A stretch of DNA of 63,861 nucleotides, filler included, from Octopus bimaculoides (taxonomy: Eukaryota): the NCBI RefSeq assembly GCF_001194135.2. It is 8 parts of 8 records of this genome, joined end to end, with 100 filler letters (N's around TTAATTAATTAA, not from the genome) between each part and the next. Parts side by side here need not be neighbours in the genome. Positions count along the whole stretch, not along the records: positions 38,470 to 57,896 come from NC_069008.1; positions 57,997 to 60,479 come from NC_068997.1; positions 60,580 to 62,661 come from NC_068987.1; positions 62,762 to 63,861 come from NW_026417238.1; 4 more parts are not named here. One strand, 5' to 3'. Each line of letters begins with the position of its first letter. The stretch's first letter is position 1. Under the pieces are notes generated by a model. That model searched no databases, had not been told where the DNA came from, and saw only the letters and a program-made list of their open reading frames with translations. The position numbers and the translations under genes are program-made. Below are positions 51,930-63,861 of this stretch, one piece after another.

Positions 51930-53410
51930 ACAGTAGTCATTACCAGAAATAGATTATCAACAGAAATATTCCTGGTGGCAGGAATATTCCTGTAATGTTT
52001 TCCGTCCAAGTAATGAACCTCTTGTATGCTCTGTTAAAGAAATGCAAAGACTGCATGATGGGGTCCGCAGAGAACAGAATAATTAATGCCAGTCGCACCA
52101 ACTTAGTTGAGGACCTTAAGCTGCTTTCGATTAATATTCCCGACAGTTAGAACTGTTCACAACGCTCTCGCAAGACATTGGAATGGAGTTTGATCAAAAT
52201 AAGTATTCATATTTGGCAGTCAAACTAAAGAAAAATTGCTGTCGAAACAAAGGATATAGATATGAATTGACAAGAATTGACAGCGGCACTACTGTAAGTA
52301 AAACTAAAATAATAAAATAATACGCGAACAGACCTAAGAAGATATGGAAGTTAGAGCTGCCTGCGTTCAGTAAAACTATATCCCGCAATGCGTTTGCCGT
52401 CTCAGTGCTAGTATCCACACTTTGAATACTAGACTGGACACTTGTAAAAATCCGTAAACTGGACATCAGGATTAGAAAAATACTAACACCGACTGGTAAC
52501 TTCTGTATCAACAGTGACACTGAAGGATCTACATAAAACGGAGGGATGGAGAGAGAGGCATAAGATCAGCCCAGACGGCCTACAGAAGCGTGAAGAGAGA
52601 AATGAATACATCATGTATATCAGTGTTTCACAACCATTTTTTACCCATGGACCCCTTTAATTTCTATTTTACTCGGATGGACCCTTCTAGCCATCCATAA
52701 ATGTTAAAATATTTTGTTTATTGTAGAAATACAACCAATTTATTGAAAATAAATTTTAGCAAAATTTTATATGGACCTAGTCGAGAACCACTTATGTATA
52801 TATTCAACTGTGAAGGTAATTACAATAATTATTAGGTGAAGAACTCTTGAACAAGTGCTCCGAGAGTACTACTGTTCTGAGAGTGGAAGGACTTAAACAG
52901 AAACGTAGAAGGAAAATTCTCTTCCTTCCAGCAGAAAAGGAAACTGCTAGTTGGTAAATACCAGCAACATTTACAGTAATAGCAGCTTCACGTGAATGTG
53001 TGACAAATATATCATATCTCATCTAGAAGGTTACGCCTTTGATATCGAAGGATAGGATATAGCTGCTAAATACTTGATTAATAAGAAGGATAAAGATCCC
53101 ACTAGACCGCAACGTTGTGATGGAAAATATCGATTGTAGCATTTCAGTGTGGAAAATATCACTCATATCAGTCGATTGTCTACAATATACTATCTTCGCA
53201 TGAAATATGACATTGCAGCTAAAACCATCTTCTATACTGTATGCAGAAAGGATTGCATTGACAACAGTAGCCAAGTCACACCAGAACCAGAATGTTTCCT
53301 CACCTTTAAAGATAAAACTAATGGAATATTGCAATACAAAACACCGACCCGGCGTAAACACGCTGCTCCGGATATTGTTCTCAGACAGGAAGTGAAAGTC
53401 ATAGACTGAT
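51930..53410 (+). mobile_element. Degenerate R4/Dong-like LINE (RT, thumb and zinc-knuckle region)
   Basis: Degenerate VEDLKL, DIGMEF, KIWKLELPAFSKTISRNAFAVSVL, LDWT..IRKLDIRIRKILT..GNF..NSD and SHLEGYAF..KYLI; many stops. Confidence 0.75.
52621..52795. mobile_element. hAT-type MITE interrupting an R4/Dong-like LINE
   Basis: Begins cagtgtttcacaacc and ends ..tcgagaaccact; LINE homology resumes after it. Confidence 0.6.
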
Positions 53411-53489
53411 GAACAGAGCAGTAGAGTCTTGATTATTTCGTCAAAAATTGAGGAACAAAATAATGTTTGTAGAGAACTAATAAGAAAGT

Positions 53490-53775
53490 GGACTTGCGGT
53501 CGGAGGATCGTGGTTTCGATTCCCAGATCGGACGTTGTGTGTGTTTATTGAGCGAAAACACCTAAAAGCTCCATGAGGCTCCGGCAGGGGGTGGGTGGCG
53601 ACCCCTGTTGTACTCTTTCGCCCCAACTTTCTCTCACTCTTTCTTCCTGTTTCTTGAGTAAAGCTGCGATGGACTGGCGTCTCGTCTAGCTGGGGTGGGG
53701 GGAACACATACGTCATAGAAAACCGGGCAACCGGACCCATGAGCCTGGCTAGGCTATAAAAGGGCGCATAAATAA
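53490..53775 (+). mobile_element. SINE with family A head/body and an alternative 3' tail
   Basis: Shares the head through ctttctctcactctttcttcctgttt, then diverges to a tail ending aaagggcgcataaataaa; a diverged reverse copy lies at about 15430-15695. Confidence 0.75.
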
Positions 53776-54606
53776 AAATAATACCCATTTTTAAGTTTTT
53801 AAAAAAATGTTCCAAATTTTTGGCCTTGAATGTATATTTTTCTAAGGAAAACAACTTAAATGCCAAAGAAAATATTCATACGTACATAACGTGGCAAGGT
53901 CTAATCTCAGTAACATTTGGCAACCATTTCTAAAAATTCAGGCAACTAAAAGTAATCGGGCAGTTTTTCATTATCAGAGAGATGTAAACGGTCGGAGCTG
54001 TCGTTCTGCTTCCCTCCCCTCTTAATTAGCAAGGCAGATATGGGTCAACACCTACGTTCTAATGGTCTAGAGAGGCAAATTACGGTGTAGGTGTGGGGTA
54101 GGGATGATGGTCACATAATGGGAGAATAGCACAGAGGTGGTGGTGATGGGGGTGGCTGGTAAACATGCTGGTAGCTGAAGTGATAAGATGTTGGTAGATC
54201 AGGGATGATGGTATTAGTGGTGGTGGTGGTGGTGGTGGTGGTGATGGGGGTGGCGGTGGTTGTGAAAATGATGGTGATGGAGGTGGTGGTAGCGATTATG
54301 ATGATGATGATTGTGAAAGTGAAAGTGAAAATGACATTGATGAGGATGATAATAGAATAGGTAAGGGACGGTAGTAGTAGTAATGATAACAGTTGTAGTT
54401 GAGGTGGCGGTGGTGGTGGTGGTGTTCGCACTGGTCATAACGGTGACTGATAAAATAAAACTACTTGCAGTATATATGTATGTATGTACGTATGTATGTA
54501 TGTATANNNNNNNNNNNNNNNNNNNNNNNNNNNNNNNNNNNNNNNNNNNNNNNNNNNNNNNNNNNNNNNNNNNNNNNNNNNNNNNNNNNNNNNNNNNNNN
54601 NNNNNN

Positions 54607-54930
54607 CCAGTCTTTACTTCTATATCTAGGGCAGGTACCACTGGTTTCATTACATACAATGCGACTTAACTTCTTTCTAGCACCCCTGTATGCCCGAACC
54701 CTATCTTTCTGGTCATATCCAGAGAACTTCACGCAATGCATGAAGTTCTGTACATGTTTCTTTGTTTCATAGGGTTTGCATAGTGGGGACGCGTTGTTCT
54801 TTATCCTAAGTCTGCTATCAGTATGTTGGTTTTCATGTTGTATGACAAAGCTGAGTTCTTGAGAAACATATTTAGAAGCTATGGGTTTTATGTAATAGAA
54901 GTGGAAGAACTGCACTATGTTGTTCACAGT
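54607..54930 (-). mobile_element. Possible LINE C-terminal zinc-knuckle remnant
   Basis: Open frame with RLRI...SPLCKPYETKKHVQNFMHC resembling the RLR.G..SP.C..C..ET..H...C pattern. Confidence 0.35.
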
Positions 54931-56670
54931 CTCTACCCAAAGAGATACATTAGAAAAATGGCATGATTATAACCATATTCAACTTTTCCTTTTTCTTCTC
55001 TAGGTTCTTTTTATTCATTCTTCACTTTAATGAAGCTCCATGTTTCAGATCAGTTTTATTGCCAAATATGATAAATATTTTAGCATATCAATGGCGATAC
55101 CATACAACATTGGAAGCAGATGCAGTGTATTTGTATTGAATTGATAAATAATAAACCAATTGAATTAATAAATAATAAGTAAATTGTTGTTCATCAGTAT
55201 TTCTCCATTTTCTGTTTTCTTTAAATTTTGATTCCTGTCTTTACCTATAATTTATGAGCATAATACGCTTGCATATGCATGCCCATGGTTAAACAAGTAA
55301 TGTACCGATAGTATAATGGATATTTTTATCCCTAACTCAGCTAACTATATATATATATATATATATATNNNNNNNNNNNNNNNNNNNNNNNNNNNNNNNN
55401 NNNNNNNNNNNNNNNNNNNNNNNNNNNNNNNNNNNNNNNNNNNNNNNNNNNNNNNNNNNNNNNNNNNNNNNNNNNNNNNNNNNNNNNNNNNNNNNNNNNN
55501 NNNNNNNNNNNNNNNNNNNNNNNNNNNNNNNNNNNNNNNNNNNNNNNNNNNNNNNNNNNNNNNNNNNNNNNNNNNNNNNNNNNNNNNNNNNNNNNNNNNN
55601 NNNNNNNNNNNNNNNNNNNNNNNNNNNNNNNNNNNNNNNNNNNNNNNNNNNNNNNNNNNNNNNNNNNNNNNNNNNNNNNNNNNNNNNNNNNNNNNNNNNN
55701 NNNNNNNNNNNNNNNNNNNNNNNNNNNNNNNNNNNNNNNNNNNNNNNNNNNNNNNNNNNNNNNNNNNNNNNNNNNNNNNNNNNNNNNNNNNNNNNNNTAT
55801 ATATATGTATGTGTGTGTGTGTGCGCGCGTGTGTGTATGTATGTATGTATGTGTGTATATATATGTATGTATGTATATGTATGTATGTACGTATATATGT
55901 ATGTATGTATGTATGTATTATGTATGTACGTATGTATGTATGTATGTATGTATGTATGAATGAATGTATGTATGTATGTATGTATGTATGTATGTATGTA
56001 TATAAAACCACATACGCATACATATACAAGTGTGTTGAAAAATACAATGATTGGATGTTCACAGTTGGAATGTCGTTGTGTTATGTCTTTTGCTTTCATT
56101 TATCTGTCAGATATTAATGCCAAATACTATTCATGTTAAGATCTTTCATATTATATTGAACAAAATTTTTGATGTTTATGACAATCTTCCAGATCAGTAA
56201 TTTTGCTACCACTTAGCTGATACCAACGTTTATTTTTAACCAACAAATAGAAGAACAAAATATTATACACGTTGGTTTATGCTTTATTGCTTAGTATGTT
56301 TTTCCTCTTTTCATTTCTGATCAATTTTGAGGGACAATGAAAAAATATTGAAGTGGTGCAACTAAATAAAAGCATGCCAAATTGCAAGAAGAAACAGTGT
56401 AAAACTATTATTCAGTTGTTGACCAGACATTATCAATAATGCGTTTCGGAGAGTGACCGGCTGACCTTGATAACCAGTCTGTTTGGACCAGGACCAACTA
56501 AAGATAAAGAAAGTGATATTTATAAAGAAACTGATAGAATAAACAGTGAAGCCACACTTACCGACAGAAGTTGTTACCGGGAAAACCTCCACACCACAAA
56601 TCGATATTGGACATATTGATAAAAGGAATAAGACCGAAACTGAAGCAATTCAAAAATGTTCAAAATCGAA

Positions 56671-56845
56671 AGTTCAGGAAAATTATCATTATAATTAATT
56701 TCACAATTCACACTATCAATTTTACACTTGTTTACAGATTTGGTGTTTCAGATACTACCTAATTCTTTAACTAAAAACCTGTAAACAAGTATAAATTCGA
56801 TAATATGTATTGCGAAATTAATTCTAATGATAATTTTCCTGAACT
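56671..56845. repeat. 67-bp imperfect inverted repeat, 41-nt spacer
   Basis: 56671-56737 vs 56779-56845, about 8 mismatches by manual alignment. Confidence 0.9.
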
Positions 56846-56914
56846 AGATTACTATTCTTTAAGTAAAACTAATTCTGACTCTGATAATACAGTTAACTCC
56901 TAGTTTAAATACTG

Positions 56915-56974
<60 letters not shown>

Positions 56975-57035
56975 ATCTAATTCAGAGAGGAGGACTAATA
57001 GGAATTCTTTTAACCATGAGTATCAAGTACAAGTG

Positions 57036-57469
57036 AATAAATGCCTATGTAACTGTAAAAAAAATTATTTGTCCTTTAGAAAATCAATGTTTATGGAAAA
57101 ATATAGTGCATCAATGTAAGATAATAATTACGGAATAATTGTATTATTACATAGGTTCGTCTGCTACAATTTGGAAATCTAGATTTCATATTCTTTCTAA
57201 TTCATTTAAGTATAGAAGAAAAAATAATTCTACAAATCTTAGTAAATGCATTTGGAATTATAAGAAGCAGGCACATAAAGTATAATTTAAATTGGTCCAT
57301 TATTAGTTATGCACCATCGTACAATATTGGCAATTCTACGTGTGATCTTTGCTTTGAAGAAATGCATTATATAACTACTTCTAAATTAATATTATTAAAT
57401 TTTAGTGGTAGTTCTACAATGAAATGTTGTCACAAATTTCGGAAAGCATTTAGATATTTCAGTTCTTAA
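57036..57469 (+). mobile_element. Penelope-like element GIY-YIG endonuclease remnant
   Basis: CNC..CPLENQCLWKNIVH..YYIGSSATIWKSRF..SFKY..NSTNLSKCIW and YNLNWSII..CDLCFEE..LLN..CCHKF across frameshifts. Confidence 0.8.
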
Positions 57470-57859
57470 AGTTTACTATATTTAATAAACTAATTGTCTT
57501 GACATGAATCTGTATGTTTCTGATTGTCGTAACGTAGAATTCATATGTTTATTTCTTAATCTTTCGTTTCCACTGACGTCACCAAAGTTGAATACAAAAA
57601 TAGCATTTCTAAGATTATATTTCTTCTTAACGCTAATTTTGTATTCGTTCGTCTACTGGAAATATTTCCTTAGTTCACTTTGAGTTTAACTAATTTGGGT
57701 TACCTTGAAAACATTGTGCTAGCATGTATTTGCCGATACATTAATTTGAATGATATTTTCTGTATCAAAATAAGTTGATACTTCGGAAACGATCGTCGGT
57801 TTTGTATGGTGAATCAAAGATGAAATTTTCTCTATCCGTATTTTGTTGTGTGTGTGTGT

Positions 57860-57896
<37 letters not shown>

Positions 57897-58366
57897 NNNN
57901 NNNNNNNNNNNNNNNNNNNNNNNNNNNNNNNNNNNNNNNNTTAATTAATTAANNNNNNNNNNNNNNNNNNNNNNNNNNNNNNNNNNNNNNNNNNNNATAT
58001 ATATATATATATACGTATATATATTTAAGTATGTATATATATGTATGTATATGTATATATGAGTATATGCACACTCACACATATATCAAGTACTTATATA
58101 TATCAGTAAAAAAAACAAGACCGCTTGTGCTCATATAAAAACATATTGTTTCCCATATGTGCACACCTCTCGAGCATATACATTATAGACATTATAAATA
58201 GCGACATCTACAAGTGAAGAAAAAGGTTATATGCAGAATACTTGAAATAGTGTGTGCGCGTGTGTGTGAGTGAGACAGAGAGAGTGAGAGTGTGTGTGTG
58301 TCAGAGGGAGAAAGAGAGAGAGAAAGAGAGAAAGTGATGTGAGGGGAAATACTAGAGCGAATGCGA

Positions 58367-58441
<75 letters not shown>

Positions 58442-58609
58442 GCTGCTTTTCCATGAGTGTAGAATAGGTTAAATAATATTAAATCTTACATGAACAGAAG
58501 GGAAAAAATACTGAACTAATTATAATTATGTGAGTTTGTGTTTCTGTGCGCGTGCGAGTTAACCTAACTCTGTATACACATACGCACATATACGTACATA
58601 AATCCATCC

Positions 58610-58642
<33 letters not shown>

Positions 58643-58749
58643 ACTATCTATCTATCTATCTATCTCTTCTGTCTGCCTCTCTTTCTTTGTCTGTGTATAT
58701 ATATATACATATATATATATATAAATATGTATTTATGACTTTCTCTCTC

Positions 58750-58784
<35 letters not shown>

Positions 58785-59033
58785 NNNNNNNNNNNNNNNN
58801 NNNNNNNNNNNNNNNNNNNNNNNNNNNNNNNNNNNNNNNNNNNNNNNNNNNNNNNNNNNNNNNNNNNNNNNNNNNNNNNNNNNNNNNNNNNNNNNNNNNN
58901 NNNNNNNNNNNNNNNNNNNNNNNNNNNNNNNNNNNNNNNNNNNNNNNNNNNNNCTATCTATCTATCTATCTATCTATCTAACTATCTATCTATCTATCTA
59001 TCTCTTCTGTCTGCCTCTCTTTCTTTGTCTGTG

Positions 59034-59071
<38 letters not shown>

Positions 59072-59292
59072 GGCAAACATTTATTCGCATATACATATAT
59101 ACAGGTCTGTTTGTATGTCTCATTCCCATGGCTGTGTATTCGTGCATATATAAATACATACAAATTTATATTTATACATATACATACATACATACATACA
59201 TATATACACCTATATATATATATATATATATAGATATACGCCTATAGTAAGCATACACCTATAGCTATCTAGCTTGCTAGCTATGTAATTTA

Positions 59293-59325
<33 letters not shown>

Positions 59326-59381
59326 GACACGCACACACGCGCACATATATATATGTATGTATATATTCATTCTATCTATAT

Positions 59382-59413
<32 letters not shown>

Positions 59414-59944
59414 CATCGATATGTATGTGTGCACGCACGTGTATATATATATTCATATAAAGACGATACATATCCCTATAATATATATACAAATTAACTC
59501 TGCATTAATATCTCATGAATATTAAGTTAGTTTTCTTCCTGATTTAAATATATTAAAATCTTGTCATTGTTTTTTTTTCTTTTATTTCTCTGCTGTTTTT
59601 TCCTTATTTATTTCTGTTACACCTGGATGCCTAACACTGTCTTTACCTACCACTCTATCCAGCTATCTTTGTAATTAGCCAAAATTCTACACCACCCCTA
59701 CTACCTTCTGTATCTACCACTACCAGCACCAGCACCACTACCAACAGCACCAGCACCACCCCCAACATTACTACTACTACTACTATTACTACTACTACAG
59801 GCACAAGGCAACAACAACAATAATCCTTTCTACTATAGGCACAAGGCCTGAAATTTGCGGAGAAGGGACTAATCGATTACATCGGTGACCCCAGTGTATC
59901 ACTGGCATTTAATTTATCGAACCTTAAAGGATGAAAAACAAAGT

Positions 59945-60290
59945 CGACCGGAGGCACGATAACGTGGCTAAGTTTATTCACTTGAGATTGTGTGAGGAGC
60001 ATGGTCTTGAAATAACATGGAAGTGGTACAAACATAAACGAAGAAGCGTTACTGAGAATAATGAATATAAGATCTTATGGGATTTTACATTCCGATGTGA
60101 CTCACTAATTGATGCTTGGAGACCAGACGTTGTTGTGCTGGATGAAAAGAATAAGAAAACCAAGATTATAGATAATGCCATACTTGGGGATGCACGTGTG
60201 GGTGACAAATAGCTGGAAAAGATGGAAAAATACAAGCTACTGAAAGACGAAATTGCGCGAGTGTGGGCAATAAGGAGTGTAACTGCCATA
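59945..60290 (+). mobile_element. R4/Dong-like LINE RLE fragment
   Basis: RRHDNVAKFIH..WYKH..KILWDF..RPDVVV..IIDNAILGD, a stop, then EKMEKYKLLKDEI. Confidence 0.85.
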
Positions 60291-60295
60291 ATAAT

Positions 60296-60355
<60 letters not shown>

Positions 60356-60580
60356 CTGAGGCCCAACTACTACCCTTACTACTACCCTCACCCCTGCTAC
60401 TGTTGCTGTTGCTGCAACCTCTGCTGCTACAACACATAAAAACAATATCAGAGATATCAGTGATGAGAATAATAATAGTNNNNNNNNNNNNNNNNNNNNN
60501 NNNNNNNNNNNNNNNNNNNNNNNTTAATTAATTAANNNNNNNNNNNNNNNNNNNNNNNNNNNNNNNNNNNNNNNNNNNNT

Positions 60581-61200
60581 GTTTGAAACTCCAAGAAGCT
60601 TCCTACAGCGTCTATGATGTCATTGTCACTGGCAAAATGGTGACCAGCCAGGGCTTTTTTCATTTTTGAGAATAGATGAAAGTCAGAGGGGGCTAAGTGT
60701 GGCGAATAAGGCAGATGAGGAACAAGTTTGTATCCACAATCATGAATTGTTGCCATGGCAACCACTGATGTATGGGCTGAAGCATTCTCGTGATGAAAAA
60801 GGACTCCTCTGGTGAGCATTCTCAGCCTTTTTTCTTTGATTGCTTCTTGGAGGCATTTCAGTAGCTGAGAATAATACAGCCCTGTCATGGTGTGACCCTT
60901 TTCAAGGTAATCAATCAGCAAGCCAACTTGTGAATCAAAAAAAACAGACGCCATGACTTTGCCAGCTGAAGGAATGACCCTGGCCTTCTTTGAGGTAGGA
61001 GAAGATGTGTGCTTCCACTGCTTTGATTGTTCTTTGGTTTCAGGCTGGTAGTGATGAACCAAACTTTCACCCATAGTAATGAAATGACCAAGAAAATTCA
61101 CTTCATCGGTCTCAAACAGTTCCAGATTGCTCATGGACAAAGTGCACCTGGTGCGTTTCTGTGCGGAAACCTTTGAGAACCCAAGTTCTTTTGTCACAAT
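60581..61200 (-). mobile_element. Mariner (DD34D) transposase remnant
   Basis: FITMGESLVHHYQPETKEQSKQW, KVMASVFFDSQ, LFHHENASAH and HLPYSPHLAPSDFHLF; the catalytic aspartate positions appear substituted; 3' end runs into a gap. Confidence 0.92.
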
Positions 61201-62617
61201 GTTGTCTGCTCTTTCAACTTAAAACCTACTTCTCTTACTCATGATTAGGGTTTGCAGTTATTAAAATTTTTAAACTAAAAAGCGGAGTGAATTAATCTTG
61301 TCAAAAAGATCACTACACAGACTTCCGGTTTTCAGTTTCTAGTAAACAGATGTCACAAAAATGTTTCCATAACAACTTGGAAACTAAAAAGCCCAAGCCC
61401 AGGGTACGTGTCTGGACTACTAATATGCCACCATCTACTTCAGATCCATATGATATTGAGTGGATAGGTCCACCACTAATTTTTATCGTAATTTTTGGTA
61501 AAAAAAAGTATGACCTATCTGCTAATGTATATGGTATACAGATGGACATTGAAAGCAAGTAATATAGTTTAAAAGAGCAGTAACTGTAACAAATATGGCA
61601 GAGGAGGCAGCAGACACAAGCTTAGTAGTGGGCATCGGCTTATTATAGGTTAGAGAATATCATAAGATCAGTGAAATATTGCCCTCAATGTAATCTGGAA
61701 GGCCAGCCTAGGTGTATCAAGTGCACAAATTGGACTACTTGTGGGTGAGATACGTAATAAATATCCAAGGTAGACAGGTGTATCAGTGGGAATGTTTTTC
61801 ACTGTGAGTATGGTGAACGTTGAATTATCGGTAGGTTCTTTTTTTCACTTTGTACTGATATAAAAATATATCTATATCCACTCGCAAGCTCTAAACTTGA
61901 ATTTATTAATTTCTAATGAACCCTCTGCTAAAGATGGAGTTATTGGACGTTGATGATGATTCTTGCAGGAGATGTCTTCTTGTTGAAAAGTGTGTAACTC
62001 AAAGGTGAAGTTTCAAACAACATCTTTATTTTCGTTACATTTACAATTATAAATCAACCACATTGGATCGATGAAAATCAACATATAATTTTAACTGTTT
62101 GCATTGGTTGACAATCTACTTAGCTTTGTGAAATTACTACTGAGGAAAGGGTGTATGACAGATGTGATAGAAAGGGTAAGCTGTAAATGTGGTAGGCATG
62201 ACAATTAGATAGATTAATCAAGTGTGAGTAGATGAATGTCACTGTGAAACAAATGAGTGGAGGAGAAAGGAGAGATGCTTACAGTAGTTTTCATTTAACC
62301 CAGTAACATCGTTTCTCATTCAGCCCCAAAACCGTCAGCTGTCACGATTGCTAGCAGGGAACTGAGCCCTTTGGCTGGTCAGTTGGTCGTATTTATAACA
62401 GCCTGCAGTCGATAGAAAGATGGACAAACCTGGTCATTAAAAACTCATCAATCATTTGTTTCAATTGATAAGACAAAGAAGTTTTTCCTGCTGCAAACTG
62501 ATTTGGCGGGTGAAAGTGCGACCAGTAATTCTGTGATGTGGTTTCAAATCTCAGGCAATAGAACTGATATTCGTTCTTTATATATATATATATATATATC
62601 AGTCCCCCCTCTCTCTC

Positions 62618-62661
<44 letters not shown>

Positions 62662-62829
62662 NNNNNNNNNNNNNNNNNNNNNNNNNNNNNNNNNNNNNNN
62701 NNNNNTTAATTAATTAANNNNNNNNNNNNNNNNNNNNNNNNNNNNNNNNNNNNNNNNNNNNATATACATACATACATACATGTATATATTATCACTGTTT
62801 GTCCGTATGAATGTACATTTCTAGGAAAC

Positions 62830-63020
62830 AAGCTTAACATCAACTGTCCACCCTGGAAAAAGTGGAAAAGGTCGTGAAGACGGCCAGATTAGGATCAGCT
62901 CTTGGCCCAAGTGGTAGAACTTATGAAGTATACAAGAAATTTCCATGGCTCGTAGAGAGGTTGTGGACGCTGATCCGAAAGATCTGGACTAAGGGAATCA
63001 TTCTACCATGCCGGAGAATC
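62830..63020 (+). mobile_element. Hero/NeSL-like non-LTR RT N-terminal fragment
   Basis: VEKVVKTARLGSALGPSGRTYEVYKKFPWLVERLWTLIRKIW resembles the AR..SAPGP.G..Y..YK motif. Confidence 0.7.
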
Positions 63021-63861
63021 ATTCTACCATGCTCGGGGAAACCTCTGCTTCCAGTTGTTACACGACCTGATAGAGATAAAAGGCAAAATTACTCTCAAAA
63101 TCACACTCTAGTGTCTTACAAAACGGAAGTGAATATTAGAGAATGTGGTCCACTGAAAGGACGGAGAAAAAAAAAACAGATGTAATGGTCAAAATTGGAA
63201 TGTCTTTGATTTTAAGGCTGCTAGATCAAAAGCATATAAGTAATATAAACACCACACAGCAGAAATATCAGAAGACTTAAATGAAATTCACATATTTTTA
63301 TCGTGTTTATAGTTTGTGATGAGAAGATTGCATGGCGCACACATAGCTGTGCGTTTAAAAAGTTCGCTTCGCAACTACATTGACTTCAATCATGCTCCGG
63401 GTTCACCAATGCTCTATGAGTGAATTTGGTAGACGAAAACTGTGGAAGCACGCTGTATATTTACGCGCGCGCACACACACATAAGTTAATAATTCGTATG
63501 GATTAGACCTGGTAATTTTTTTCGCTATATTGTGTATTTGTTTCTTTTTTGCATATAATTTTTTTTTTGATCCTCTATAATAACGAAGCTGCTTCACTTA
63601 ATCTGAGGCTTTTGCGTGCACATGCCAAGAAGAAATTTTGTGGAACAGATGCAATTTTAATGTGATACCTTTTAAATCACCTACCTTATCAGTGTATCTG
63701 TCAGTGTAGGTGTGTCTTCTCAGGTGATTTCAAGAGGTTTCTCCTTGAAATAACATCTGTTCGACAAAATTTCTTCTTGGCACATGTATACAAAAGAAAC
63801 GGATTAAGAGATATACGTTCATTATTATAGAAGATCAGCCACAAATGCCGCATGCAAAAAA

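Noticed and set aside
58610-59060. Apparent ~110-bp direct repeat either side of the gap at 58785-58952
   Set aside because: Identical sequence at facing contig ends; most likely an unmerged overlap.
61350-61750. Possible Gypsy/Ginger integrase zinc-binding remnant (..YYRLENIIRSVKYCPQC..)
   Set aside because: Only a few residues match amid multiple stops; insufficient support.

Overview
Eukaryotic genomic scaffold, almost certainly an octopus (inferred from octopus-type SINEs and a cephalotocin-receptor exon; a gapped short-read assembly such as O. bimaculoides is likely). It is rich in microsatellites and N gaps, and most of the ORF track is repeat or gap noise. Real coding signal is four short spliced exons from two genes on opposite strands. 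(1) Minus strand 17770-17981: the terminal TM7 + C-tail exon of an oxytocin/vasopressin-family GPCR matching octopus cephalotocin receptor 1 (CTR1); it is absent from the ORF track. (2) Plus strand 22938-23037, 23924-24024 and 27318-27479: three consecutive in-phase exons (TM10, TM11, TM12) of an SLC6 neurotransmitter/amino-acid transporter. The rest of each gene must lie beyond exons of the other, so the genes appear nested or interleaved antisense. The remainder is transposon debris: tRNA- and 5S-derived SINEs, CR1-, RTE-, R4/Dong- and Hero-like LINE fragments, Penelope-like remnants with degenerate hammerhead ribozymes, mariner/maT/hAT fragments and MITEs, Helitron-like elements and several long inverted repeats. 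All family assignments are by eye and from memory; no searches were run.
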